Part shown: in pieces, positions 9,403-18,122 of the stretch
Position numbering within the stretch: position 1 is the first letter of the stretch
Layout of the letters: each line of letters opens with the position of its first letter
Virus record (IMG/VR): IMGVR_UViG_3300021479_000008
Coordinates: 55,003 to 119,002 of that record
Length of the DNA stretch: 64,000 nt
Direction: 5' to 3' (one strand)
From: a virus
Lineage: Duplodnaviria > Heunggongvirae > Uroviricota > Caudoviricetes
Made by a program: the position numbers and the translations under genes
Notes under the pieces: model-generated
Database searches by the model: none
Told to the model about the DNA's origin: nothing
The model's input: only the letters and a program-made list of their open reading frames with translations

Positions 9403-10313
9403 TGACCATGTAACGGCCTTCCTTCTACCTCGTGTTCCATCATCTCGTGGCGCAAAGTCTTAACTATGTGATTGTTCCAGATTTCTTCGAGACTCTGCTC
9501 GTAAAGATTCCCATAGTAATTGATCTCTTCCTTTCTGGGAGTAAAAATCATGCAACAACTCACCACGTCCCCGTTATGTGCTATACTGACTGACGTAAAT
9601 GGGTTCAAGCACAAACCAAGGTGACTAGTTGCTTCGTTAATACCACTGATGCCTACTCTATCTTGCATTCCCTCGAAACAATCGTAGATCGTACGTACTA
9701 CGGCGAAACGATCCCACCCTTTTTCTTTCATGACTTGCTGCAACGCTTCCAGATCACCACTCTTTTCTACCAACGGTGTTTTCACCAACTGGAGTTCGAT
9801 CATTGGAATACGACCATGAGCTAGATTCTTTCTGGCTTCGATGAACTTGAAAAACTTATCGAGATTACGGTATAGGTCTTTCAAATGTGCGGGGAAGCGC
9901 ATCCTGTGGTATGTCTCAGGATCGACAGAATCGACTGAGATCGTTAACGCATCTAACATTCCCAACGTAACGTCTATGCTTGGTTTTTCCATACTCAAGC
10001 CATGAGTAGAAAGACCTACCAAGACTCCAACTTCATGCTTTAGGTAATTTACTATCTCGAACAACTTTGGATGCAACGTAGGTTCTCCGGCCATCTGCAA
10101 TTCGATGTAATGACTACCACCAAAGTCCCCGCGTTCTTTCATCAGCTTCAACAACTTCATATCAACAAGGCCCGGTTGACGGCCTAGATGTGTACTGCGC
10201 AGGCACATTGGACATTCTAAGTTACAGGCTGAACACGTTTCGATGTTGGAAATTTCTGGTAAGTGTTTGAAACTTTGTCCTTCACTATGCTGATACGTAT
10301 TTATCCCTTCCAA
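9321..10313 (-). CDS. radical SAM enzyme with C-terminal SPASM/twitch-like Cys cluster
   Basis: CSACNLECPMC is a CxxxCxxC motif and AGEPTL is a GGEP-type SAM motif. C-terminal Cys cluster (CC...C...C). TTG start with a GGAGGT RBS. Does not look like a canonical QueE. Confidence 0.7.
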   Translation of the reverse strand: MEGINTYQHSEGQSFKHLPEISNIETCSACNLECPMCLRSTHLGRQPGLVDMKLLKLMKERGDFGGSHYIELQMAGEPTLHPKLFEIVNYLKHEVGVLVGLSTHGLSMEKPSIDVTLGMLDALTISVDSVDPETYHRMRFPAHLKDLYRNLDKFFKFIEARKNLAHGRIPMIELQLVKTPLVEKSGDLEALQQVMKEKGWDRFAVVRTIYDCFEGMQDRVGISGINEATSHLGLCLNPFTSVSIAHNGDVVSCCMIFTPRKEEINYYGNLYEQSLEEIWNNHIVKTLRHEMMEHEVEGRPLHGQCAKCTVRSPAMIHNQIVSRLVQLRGL

Positions 10314-10789
10314 GTCTTACCTCCATTCAAACGTCGGTAAACATTAGCTACAGCTATATCAAACTTTTTGGCTAAATCATGAACTGTATACTTACTACTA
10401 TTCCACATCTTCTTCATTTTACGTAACTTTTTAGTGGTTAATTTGCCTCGTGCTATTACACCATTATCAGCGGCATGTTGTTGATTACCCTTTGGGGTAA
10501 TATATTCTAAATTATCTGAACACGCATTCGATTTATCCAAATCTTTATGATTTATTTCCATTCCTTTTGGACGTGGGCCTATGAATTTTCGTGCAACTAA
10601 TCTATGTACTGGAATATATCTTGTCTTGCCATATATACTTACACTAACTTTCAGATATCCATCTTTATCGAAATATCCGGTAAGAATCTTACCAACGCGT
10701 GTACCATTACCTGGTTTAGCTCGGCGGATTCTACCTAAATTGGAGACTTCGTAGTAACCCCTAAGGCAAGCCTTCCATTGTTCTTTCAC
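10301..10789 (-). CDS. HNH homing endonuclease (NUMOD4/HNH_3 type)
   Basis: YEVSNLGRIR N-terminal motif and INHKDLDKSNxxxxNLE...N HNH motif. Confidence 0.75.
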   Translation of the reverse strand: MKEQWKACLRGYYEVSNLGRIRRAKPGNGTRVGKILTGYFDKDGYLKVSVSIYGKTRYIPVHRLVARKFIGPRPKGMEINHKDLDKSNACSDNLEYITPKGNQQHAADNGVIARGKLTTKKLRKMKKMWNSSKYTVHDLAKKFDIAVANVYRRLNGGKTWKG

Positions 10790-11835
10790 ACAGTCTCCAA
10801 AATATCAAATAGATCTTCGAAAAACGAATCGTCAATCAATTTTTGATGGAATTGACTTTTGAATGGTGTATGTTCAGCTATATGCTTAAAACCAGAATCA
10901 CGCGTTACTACATCGCGTAACTTATCACAAAGATCGGAATATCCACGATAGCGAAATGGATCACGAAATATTTCCCGGTATGCCAGACGATCTGGCACAA
11001 TAGGATAACATCCCAACATCACAGCTTCGATCATACTTATACCAAACATTTCAAGCAAAGCCGTAGAAACAACAACTTTTGACTTCGCCAATAACTGGTA
11101 GTAACTTCGCTTATCAAGTTTTTCATCACGTGTACGTACAGCGATCCAATCTTTAGGTAGAATTTTTTCGTCGTGGATCAGCTTACGAAACAACTCAGGC
11201 TGTTTGTCTTCGGTGAGGCGATGCGGAAAGACTACTATGTTCTCTTTTTTACTTGGATATTCTAACAACTCTTTTGGTACTTCTACCTTCCAAGGAATAA
11301 CTTCAATTTTATGGTTTGGAATTATACGAGTTTCCAACAATACCCGTTCGTGGTATTCTGAGGCGACGACTACCCTATCGTAGATCTTGAACCAGGCGTT
11401 TTCTAGTTCCTCCCCCCACACATACATATTACTACGTGTAACAAAATCCCACACGTCCCAATTACCGTCATGGAACAACCCGACGAATCTCCAGTCGTGA
11501 CATTTCAATCCGTCACGTATGTAGGCTAACTGTTCTACTGGGAACCATCCATCCTGGAAAAGGAATACAACGCGTTCGTTACGGGGAATCGTACCGTCGT
11601 CTATTAACTGGCAGATACGTTGAATCTGACTAGCTTTAGCGTAGTGCGTTCCAACCACGTCTAGAAAAGCCCCATCTTTTATTTCTGATCGTAGCGTAGA
11701 TGGATGTATCGGAATCGTTGTATATCCCTTCTTGCACAACTCAACGTGAAACCAGTTTGCCCACTGAGCACTATACCGACTTTCTAACTCCTCAATTGGA
11801 ACATTTACTACGATCATGTTTCCTCCAGAAATCAA
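10786..11835 (-). CDS. GT-B fold glycosyltransferase (GT4/GT1-like)
   Basis: EMFGISMIEAVMLGCYPIV matches the E-x7-E nucleotide-sugar-binding motif of GT4 enzymes. The likely ATG start is at about 11817 (GGAGGAAAC-ATG). Confidence 0.6.
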   Translation of the reverse strand: MISGGNMIVVNVPIEELESRYSAQWANWFHVELCKKGYTTIPIHPSTLRSEIKDGAFLDVVGTHYAKASQIQRICQLIDDGTIPRNERVVFLFQDGWFPVEQLAYIRDGLKCHDWRFVGLFHDGNWDVWDFVTRSNMYVWGEELENAWFKIYDRVVVASEYHERVLLETRIIPNHKIEVIPWKVEVPKELLEYPSKKENIVVFPHRLTEDKQPELFRKLIHDEKILPKDWIAVRTRDEKLDKRSYYQLLAKSKVVVSTALLEMFGISMIEAVMLGCYPIVPDRLAYREIFRDPFRYRGYSDLCDKLRDVVTRDSGFKHIAEHTPFKSQFHQKLIDDSFFEDLFDILETV

Positions 11836-11837
11836 AT

Positions 11838-11925
11838 CGTGTACGACAGGATTCGAACCTGTGGCTCACACGGTGTACAACTTTATTCCCCCATAGGCAG
11901 GTACTTCACCGTCCGAGTCTAGCCG
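11838..11925 (-). tRNA. tRNA-like element (T-arm plus acceptor signature; complete cloverleaf not resolved by hand)
   Basis: Minus-sense ACAGGTTCGAATCCTGTCGTACACG is a canonical T-stem/T-loop. It sits in a 200-nt gap free of ORFs. A second T-arm-like hairpin (ATGGAGTTCGATAATCCAT) lies about 100 nt upstream. Confidence 0.3.
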
Positions 11926-12031
11926 ATGACGTGTCATCGTTTCTATGTCAGGCTTTGGCCGCATGGATTATCGAACTCCATCCTCATCTCGCCCACATAC
12001 ACGCGCTCCAACTTTACAGGTCGGAGCAAGC

Positions 12032-12625
12032 TTATTCTCTTGTCCACTTCTTATCGCCAACTTTGTAATTACTGACACGAAGCCGGCCGTGAGAGTCATC
12101 CACGTCCCACTTCCAGCCTTTGGAATGACCCTTACGCAGACCACGAATAATAAACACGGGATTGCCGCCTGCCTTCTCGATAAACTTCTTGAGTTTCTTT
12201 AGATCGACTCCGCCTTTAACGGCTGCCTGTTTGAATGCTTGACCCAATATGGATTCGTCCTGGTAAGGTATCTTCCACGTCATCCACTGAGCGCCTTTTG
12301 GTCCCCGCTTTTTCCCCGACTTGCCTTTCTTTTCTTTCTTTTCTTTTTTCTCTTTCTCAGGCTTATCCTTTTTCTTCTTTTTATCTTTCTTTCCTTTCTT
12401 CACCTTTTTCTCCTTCTTGTGTTTCTTCTTTTTCTTGTCCTTCTTCTTAGCGTGTTCGGATTCACTTTCTGATTCTTCTTCCTCTTCTGATTCTTCGGCC
12501 TGACTTTCTGATTCAGATTCACTTTCTACTTCGGACTCATCTTCATCGTGCGCCATATTTTCTCCTTTAGAGTTTATGTCTAATAAACAACCTACAAAAT
12601 CTTTCGTCCCCACAGTTACTACCAC
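12032..12625 (-). CDS. highly charged protein (acidic Glu/Ser-rich N-terminus, Lys-rich centre, conserved C-terminal domain)
   Basis: Low-complexity stretches ESESESE and KKKDKKKKKHKKEKK. The likely start is MAHDEDE at about 12556. The composition suggests DNA-binding or histone-like behaviour. Confidence 0.45.
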   Translation of the reverse strand: MVVTVGTKDFVGCLLDINSKGENMAHDEDESEVESESESESQAEESEEEEESESESEHAKKKDKKKKKHKKEKKVKKGKKDKKKKKDKPEKEKKEKKEKKGKSGKKRGPKGAQWMTWKIPYQDESILGQAFKQAAVKGGVDLKKLKKFIEKAGGNPVFIIRGLRKGHSKGWKWDVDDSHGRLRVSNYKVGDKKWTRE

Positions 12626-12791
12626 ATGCTATTGAATCTGGATCGTACTTACGTTCTTTTCCAAAACACAATAGCTTTGACTTGGCACGTTCCTTGTAAC
12701 AACTAAAACATATACTGGTAGATGGGAAATACAACCCATTCTTAACGTCATCTACCGTATACCTTACTGAACACAACAAACATGGAAACAT
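12567..12791 (-). CDS. small Cys-rich hypothetical protein
   Basis: 74 aa with 8 Cys; possible zinc ribbon. Confidence 0.35.
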   Translation of the reverse strand: MFPCLLCSVRYTVDDVKNGLYFPSTSICFSCYKERAKSKLLCFGKERKYDPDSIACGSNCGDERFCRLFIRHKL

Positions 12792-13055
12792 CTATTCCTC
12801 TTCATCTGACGCTTCATCTGTAGGATCGTCTGGTGTAACCTTTAACCAACCGAAACCTATTACATGACCATCATCTGAAAACTCGACTGACCATCGTCTC
12901 GTATCTTGGTCTGGAAACATTGGCCTATACTTCCCTTTCAACTCAGCCTCAACTGCTTTGGATGCGACTGACTCTTTTTGTGCTTTCTCTCTAGCTGCTA
13001 GTAGCTTTACATGATCAGCTTCATCCATCTTCAATACTCTGTGTGCTCGTCTCAT
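12792..13055 (-). CDS. hypothetical protein
   Basis: 87 aa with an acidic C-terminus. Confidence 0.4.
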   Translation of the reverse strand: MRRAHRVLKMDEADHVKLLAAREKAQKESVASKAVEAELKGKYRPMFPDQDTRRWSVEFSDDGHVIGFGWLKVTPDDPTDEASDEEE

Positions 13056-13064
13056 ATTTTTCTC

Positions 13065-13370
13065 CTACGAAAGATGCTTACTCAATGGCTTACCCATCTC
13101 CGTCATATAGATCGAACCTGCACTGACACGAATTGTCTTTCCACGCATCTTAAACTTACGCTTCTTGGCAATTGCCTTCTTGAACAACGCTGTCAGCTTA
13201 TCATCACAATCGATGATTCGTTTATCCTCCTTGCTCTGGAGACGGTGCTTCTTGATGTACTTCCAAAGCAACTTCATCATCTTTCCACGTGAGATTTTCT
13301 TTTCCTTGATTACATCTCGTAGCTCCGGCGAACACTTCATTTCCTTCATCAAACCTTTTCCTTTTGCCAT
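13065..13370 (-). CDS. SWIB/MDM2 domain protein
   Basis: SPELRDVIKEKKISRGKMMKLLWKYIKKHRLQ...IIDCDDKLTALF matches the SWIB domain consensus (LSPELAxxLG...R.EVVKKLWxYIKxxNLQ...I.CDxKLKxLF). Confidence 0.7.
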   Translation of the reverse strand: MAKGKGLMKEMKCSPELRDVIKEKKISRGKMMKLLWKYIKKHRLQSKEDKRIIDCDDKLTALFKKAIAKKRKFKMRGKTIRVSAGSIYMTEMGKPLSKHLS

Positions 13371-13981
13371 TACTCCTCCTCTTCGTCTTCGGATTCACTC
13401 GCGTCATCATCTCCATCGTTACTAATTGCTTCGGCTTTTACAACACCATCAATTACGTCGTTCTCGAACTTCGGTTCATCCCACACTTCAATATAGTAAC
13501 GTTCTTGTTCTAGCTCGGCAACTAAAAACGGATCGGGCATTGGCTGATACGACAGTTCATCAACTTTAAAACTGACATACGGAACAACGTCTTTGATCTC
13601 CAATGCCTTTTGGAGTACAAATTCTGGAATTGGCTTCTTGTACTTCGTGATATCTGTCATACTCCAAGCTACACGGAACTTGTAATGCTTGCCACTTCGT
13701 TGCAGATGTTTTTCGGCTTCTTTCAACTTTTGTTGTTTGTACTCACTGATGCTTCGATTGGAGAATGGTTCGATACCAAGCTTCAATAACGCACGAGCCA
13801 ACACTTTCGGTTTGTGTAACACCTGGGATAGAACAGTATACCCCAACTTATCGTGCGCTCGACGTGCTAGTGAACGGACCTGTTTCTTAACTTCGGGGAT
13901 TACAACTTCACCACGAACTAGAATACTACTTACACTTTTCATACTTCCTCCTATTGAATTTGACCTATAACTGGCATACAC
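13370..13981 (-). CDS. hypothetical protein with acidic C-terminal tail
   Basis: 203 aa. The C-terminus is DDDASESEDEEEE. Confidence 0.4.
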   Translation of the reverse strand: MYASYRSNSIGGSMKSVSSILVRGEVVIPEVKKQVRSLARRAHDKLGYTVLSQVLHKPKVLARALLKLGIEPFSNRSISEYKQQKLKEAEKHLQRSGKHYKFRVAWSMTDITKYKKPIPEFVLQKALEIKDVVPYVSFKVDELSYQPMPDPFLVAELEQERYYIEVWDEPKFENDVIDGVVKAEAISNDGDDDASESEDEEEE

Positions 13982-14793
13982 GCGTGGTCATACGGAAGAT
14001 CGAACAACTTCATGCTCAACGTGTTGAGACATTCCGGTGAACGCATGATATGCGTACAGTCTTGCAACGTTAACTGCTCGGGTAGTGCCAACTCACGGAA
14101 CTCCTTTGCTGCTTTCTCGAACGGTTTTCCTTTCTTGTGGACTTTATTTGCGTACCAAAACCAGTTGATGAACTCACCTTGCAGATGCAACGATCCTCTT
14201 TGGTAGATGTTTACCAACGAAGGAACAACGAAACACTGGGTTAGCATATTGCTGTAGATACTGTCTGGTGAAGTGACTAGGTCGGGGATTCTTCCGACTA
14301 CATCGTCAACACTTGCGTCTCCGTTTACACTCAACTTCAACTGCATAGCTTGGATACTCGTATGCGGTATTGCTACCAACTTTCCGTTTACCTTGATACA
14401 ACCACGCTGCATCGCTAAATACTTCTCGATGTATTCGTTTACGTAGAACTTATGTAAACGATGGTACAACGCGGTACTGAATGTTGACCACTGGGGATTG
14501 TACTTGTGTTTACCTTTCGTGAGGAAACGGAAGGCCATCGCCATACCGTCTTCTATCATGTCTTCGACACTTATCCACCACCTTGTTTGTGCGGGAAGTT
14601 TCTTCCATGTACTCCACGCGTGCTGTGCTACCATCTTACGGTAGCTTTCAAGGTTTATACTGGAGCTCAACTTTTTACAACGACTCATTGGACGCCTCCG
14701 ATGATGTAAAATGCCCTGAAAATGAAAATGCCCTCGGAGTTGACGTAGCTCCAAGGACCTCTTAATTGTAATGAAATTCGCGTTCTTTTGCAA
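13951..14793 (-). CDS. sigma-70 family RNA polymerase sigma factor-like protein
   Basis: VEDMIEDGMAMAFRFLTKGKHKYNPQWSTFSTALYHRLHKFYVNEYI resembles sigma region 2 (DLIQEG.IGL..A...F....FSTYA...IR..I). Confidence 0.5.
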   Translation of the reverse strand: MQKNANFITIKRSLELRQLRGHFHFQGILHHRRRPMSRCKKLSSSINLESYRKMVAQHAWSTWKKLPAQTRWWISVEDMIEDGMAMAFRFLTKGKHKYNPQWSTFSTALYHRLHKFYVNEYIEKYLAMQRGCIKVNGKLVAIPHTSIQAMQLKLSVNGDASVDDVVGRIPDLVTSPDSIYSNMLTQCFVVPSLVNIYQRGSLHLQGEFINWFWYANKVHKKGKPFEKAAKEFRELALPEQLTLQDCTHIMRSPECLNTLSMKLFDLPYDHACMPVIGQIQ

Positions 14794-14821
14794 GTCTTTT
14801 TATCTCCAATGATAATGCATA

Positions 14822-15862
14822 TCAGGGGATGCTGAACAAAATATGTCTCCGACCTAGGATGCTTGCCAATTCGTACTGGGAAAGGAGTAATCCAACGCGA
14901 CGAAATGCGTGGGAAGTCTTTCCTGTCTTACTTCGTTTAAATCTTCTTACTGACGTGAAACGCGAGAACATTTCTTCGAGATCTTTCCTTACTTCTTCCG
15001 AAAGTATGTCCGAATCTATGTCTGTTACCAACTTACACAGCTTGTAGTTTCCACACAGAGCTGGCCATACCTTTTGTACTCCATCTGGAAATACCTTCTT
15101 GTACTTTTTCTCAACGTATTCGTTGATTGGTAGATTTACTACGGAAGGATCAAGACCTGCTTTTAACAATTTCTTCGCTACCACTTTACCTATGTTCTTC
15201 AGATGGGAAATGTTATCCGACGAGTCTCCGGTAAAAGCTCTGAACTTGGCCCAGTTCCGTGGTCTTACTCCGTACTTTTCTATTACCATTTTCTTGGTGA
15301 CCATTTCCGCTTTTCCGGCTTTTACTCGCGTGAGTATTTTTACACGTTTACTGAGCAACTGGTAGAAGTCGTGATCCCCACTATGGATTATGACTTCAAC
15401 GTTTTTATCTAACTCGTGTATTCTGGTGGTAAGCATGGCGATTAAATCGTCACATTCCAAGGACTCTACTTCCAGACTTCGTATACCGGCTCCACGAAGG
15501 ATTAACTGCAATACTGGCAACTGCAACAGGGCACGTTCTCGTGGGGTTTCTGGATACTTACTTTTCTGCTTTGGGATGTTCTTATGTCTCTGTCCTTTGT
15601 ACCCAACATACTTCTTCTTTTTCTCGTTGTGGACTTCTATCTGGGGGAAACTGCCCATAAATTTGTGACGCCACGTATCACCGCGCCCGTCCCATACCCA
15701 CACAATGGCTGCGTCGGGAAAACGTTTACTGATATTTAGCATAGTGCTAAGACAGCCGAATAGTGCTCCGGTTGGAAACCCATCTTGCCTACTTAGGTTG
15801 TTGAATACAGCTTGCATTCGATAAAGCAGATTTTTCGAATCTATTAAAACTACTCGTCTCAT
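14822..15862 (-). CDS. 5'-3' exonuclease / flap endonuclease (Pol I 5'-exo, T5 D15 family)
   Basis: VLIDSKNLLYR, IVWVWDG, ECDDLIA, SGDHDFYQLL and FTGDSSDNISHLKNIGKVVAKKLL (H3TH) motifs. Confidence 0.8.
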   Translation of the reverse strand: MRRVVLIDSKNLLYRMQAVFNNLSRQDGFPTGALFGCLSTMLNISKRFPDAAIVWVWDGRGDTWRHKFMGSFPQIEVHNEKKKKYVGYKGQRHKNIPKQKSKYPETPRERALLQLPVLQLILRGAGIRSLEVESLECDDLIAMLTTRIHELDKNVEVIIHSGDHDFYQLLSKRVKILTRVKAGKAEMVTKKMVIEKYGVRPRNWAKFRAFTGDSSDNISHLKNIGKVVAKKLLKAGLDPSVVNLPINEYVEKKYKKVFPDGVQKVWPALCGNYKLCKLVTDIDSDILSEEVRKDLEEMFSRFTSVRRFKRSKTGKTSHAFRRVGLLLSQYELASILGRRHILFSIP

Positions 15863-16179
15863 AACCCACCATTTGGATAACGATGCAAATGAGTAGGCCC
15901 ACGTTGTTCTGGTTGTATCTGATGGTAAGGAGCAACATATCTTCCTGTTCTTCCCGATACATTCTCCAAATCAATTCCACGTTGCCGCAATGTTCCCCAA
16001 GCATGTTTCTGGCACTGGTGTAAACCTTCATGCCCACGACCACCTAAACAACGTACATCTTTATAATTCAAAGGCGGACGCATCTGTGATGACTTCATAA
16101 ACTCCAAATCACATATCGGACAACGTTGTGGACATTGGCGCGGAGGCAGAGGCACTGTCCCTTTTTTAGTTCTACTCAT
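15859..16179 (-). CDS. hypothetical Cys-rich protein
   Basis: 106 aa with CPQRCPIC. Overlaps its neighbours by 4-8 nt. Confidence 0.35.
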   Translation of the reverse strand: MSRTKKGTVPLPPRQCPQRCPICDLEFMKSSQMRPPLNYKDVRCLGGRGHEGLHQCQKHAWGTLRQRGIDLENVSGRTGRYVAPYHQIQPEQRGPTHLHRYPNGGL

Positions 16180-17131
16180 CAGAAGACCTCCATGCTTGTA
16201 ACTTCAACAACAGCGAATCGGTGAACGGAATCGGTTTCTCAAGGCGATTGACTATTTCCTTGTGGTCCAACTCATCTGGGTCACGGGAATCGAAATCATC
16301 GTCACTCAACATACCTTTTGGTAGGATTACCTTTACCGATTTCTTTTCGTCACGTAACCGTTTGTGTATATGCTCCAACCCTTTTACACCAGCACCGTCG
16401 GGATCCAGCCAAAGTAACACTCTCTTGTAATGATGCAACAGACTAACCTGGTCTTCTTGCAGGGAATGTCCCAACAATCCTATGGAATCAATTCCCATCT
16501 TCCGACTTACACGTTCTATGACTAGAGCTGGAATTGCTGACTCACTGAGGACACACGTAGAGTGTTTTTTCTCTGGCAGATTGTAAAGACACTTGGCACC
16601 TATGGAATTCTTGTACTTCGGTTCCAACTTCCCGGTAAAGTCTCTCCCAGTGAATCCAACTAACTTGCCACTTAGCCATACTGGAAATATTGCCCGGTAG
16701 GAGTAGTCTTTGTCTACTGTCGTGAAGCCGATCTTCTTTTCTACGATCTGGTCTCCACTAATACCTCTGTCACGAAGATATCTCCACGCGACCTTGTTCC
16801 AGTGATAATCATTTTCGCTTGGATGCTGTAATTCTCGGAAACCTTCTGGGAGTTCGATCTGTTCCATCCTCTTTTTCTTCTTTCTTTTACGTTGCTTGGC
16901 TTCTATTTCTCCGGTATCTAAAGCGTCCTGGAGTTTGCTGAATGTATAATCTGCGTTCTTGCTACTCCACTCACAACTATCATTAAAGCAATGCGCATAC
17001 CCGGTTTCGACGTTTACTCCTAATCGAAATCTTTGATCGTTACACCAAGGACAGCAGATATAAATTTCTGAACTATCTCGTCCTTTATGGTAATCAATGC
17101 TTGCTGCTTCCAACGCTTCGATAAGGTTCAT
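16172..17131 (-). CDS. DNA primase (zinc-binding domain plus TOPRIM)
   Basis: N-terminal CPWCND...HCF zinc ribbon. TOPRIM-like VLSESAIPALV ... LDPDGAG. Confidence 0.75.
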   Translation of the reverse strand: MNLIEALEAASIDYHKGRDSSEIYICCPWCNDQRFRLGVNVETGYAHCFNDSCEWSSKNADYTFSKLQDALDTGEIEAKQRKRKKKKRMEQIELPEGFRELQHPSENDYHWNKVAWRYLRDRGISGDQIVEKKIGFTTVDKDYSYRAIFPVWLSGKLVGFTGRDFTGKLEPKYKNSIGAKCLYNLPEKKHSTCVLSESAIPALVIERVSRKMGIDSIGLLGHSLQEDQVSLLHHYKRVLLWLDPDGAGVKGLEHIHKRLRDEKKSVKVILPKGMLSDDDFDSRDPDELDHKEIVNRLEKPIPFTDSLLLKLQAWRSSDE

Positions 17132-17313
17132 ACTTTATGCGGTTCTCCAGTGGCTTGTAACATAGCATATGCGATTTCTTTGAAACTTTCTCGCAATATC
17201 TGTTCAGCTTCCTTCAACGTTTCCTCATTTCTTACGTGTAAGGCCAACAAATTAAAATCAATAATTAACGTAGTACCTTTACTTTTGACGTACTCACTCA
17301 TGCTTACTCCCAT
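17128..17313 (-). CDS. hypothetical small protein
   Basis: 61 aa, overlapping in operon fashion. Confidence 0.3.
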   Translation of the reverse strand: MGVSMSEYVKSKGTTLIIDFNLLALHVRNEETLKEAEQILRESFKEIAYAMLQATGEPHKV

Positions 17314-17776
17314 GCGTATGATGTCTGTGTTTCTTCTTCTTATCTTTCCTAAGACTGGTATACTGCCACGTACGTTTACTTTCTTTATCTATGGCAAACT
17401 TCTCTATTGCTTTGGCCATTATTTTCGTTGCATGGAGGCGTTCCTGGAGATAATCCATTACAGGACCCCATCCTTCTTTTTTGTGGTGAAGTCCTTTCTT
17501 CATGACCCGTTTCAACTCACGGTATCGAGATTCGGCACACAAAGCCCTAACGAATTCGGTGACTGCATCGGCAAAGCTTATGGCTGCTTTCTCATCGGTT
17601 TTTGTTCCCCACGAAGCTAGACGCGATGACTCAGCTTTGAACTTGGCGGCTAACAGATTTCGTATATCTTGTGATGTTTTCATTTTCGTGACAACCACAA
17701 AAGTATAAACCCGAATATAACTATCGCCAATACAATACCACCCCAGAATGGTAACGTAACCCACCACCATGACCAA
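17294..17776 (-). CDS. hypothetical protein
   Basis: 160 aa, co-oriented. Confidence 0.4.
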   Translation of the reverse strand: MVMVVGYVTILGWYCIGDSYIRVYTFVVVTKMKTSQDIRNLLAAKFKAESSRLASWGTKTDEKAAISFADAVTEFVRALCAESRYRELKRVMKKGLHHKKEGWGPVMDYLQERLHATKIMAKAIEKFAIDKESKRTWQYTSLRKDKKKKHRHHTHGSKHE

Positions 17777-17883
17777 GTAATTTTTCCTAACAACTTAAGC
17801 GTCACAAATACTATCCCTAACAATCCTACTACACCTATTCCACTTGAACTACTACTTGAATGTTCTGACATTCCAACCTCCAC
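17680..17883 (-). CDS. small membrane protein
   Basis: 67 aa with a Gly/Ile/Val-rich hydrophobic segment. Confidence 0.35.
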   Translation of the reverse strand: MEVGMSEHSSSSSSGIGVVGLLGIVFVTLKLLGKITWSWWWVTLPFWGGIVLAIVIFGFILLWLSRK

Positions 17884-17888
17884 GGATA

Positions 17889-18122
17889 TTACAACACCAC
17901 ACGTACCAAAGATTTATGTGAAATAACCTCACGATTATGATTCTGAACTTCATGTACTACATGCTCAGTAATTTCTGGATCTGCAATGTACGAATCGTAC
18001 TCACCATCATACGAAACCACTTCCCGATCTCGCGGAAATTCGCACAACTTAAGTAGAAGATCAGCTACCGTCATATTCCAACCTCCAAGCTTATTATACA
18101 GAAACCCTATATCTATTCTCAA
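17889..18122 (-). CDS. hypothetical small protein (likely true start ATG at about 18074)
   Basis: The track ORF extends through the upstream promoter cassette. An internal ATG has a GGAGG RBS. Confidence 0.35.
   Translation of the reverse strand: MRIDIGFLYNKLGGWNMTVADLLLKLCEFPRDREVVSYDGEYDSYIADPEITEHVVHEVQNHNREVISHKSLVRVVL
18091..18103 (-). promoter_or_regulatory. extended -10 promoter copy 4 (TTTCTGTATAATAAGCTTGGAGG cassette)
   Basis: Identical 23-nt promoter+RBS cassette to copy 3. Confidence 0.6.

Noticed and set aside
9321-10313. Calling the radical SAM protein QueE (7-carboxy-7-deazaguanine synthase)
   Set aside because: Its size (330 aa), GGEP-type SAM motif and C-terminal SPASM-like cysteine cluster fit SPASM/twitch maturases better than QueE. 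Left as a radical SAM enzyme of unknown function.
11838-11925. Prophage attP/integration module inferred from the tRNA-like fragment
   Set aside because: No integrase, excisionase or repressor is present in the window. Genome organisation looks lytic.
12032-12625. Eukaryotic-virus origin suggested by the nucleolin/histone-like acidic and Lys-rich low-complexity protein
   Set aside because: Surrounding genes (terminase, portal, tape measure, sigma70-type promoters, SD sequences) are unambiguously phage and bacterial.
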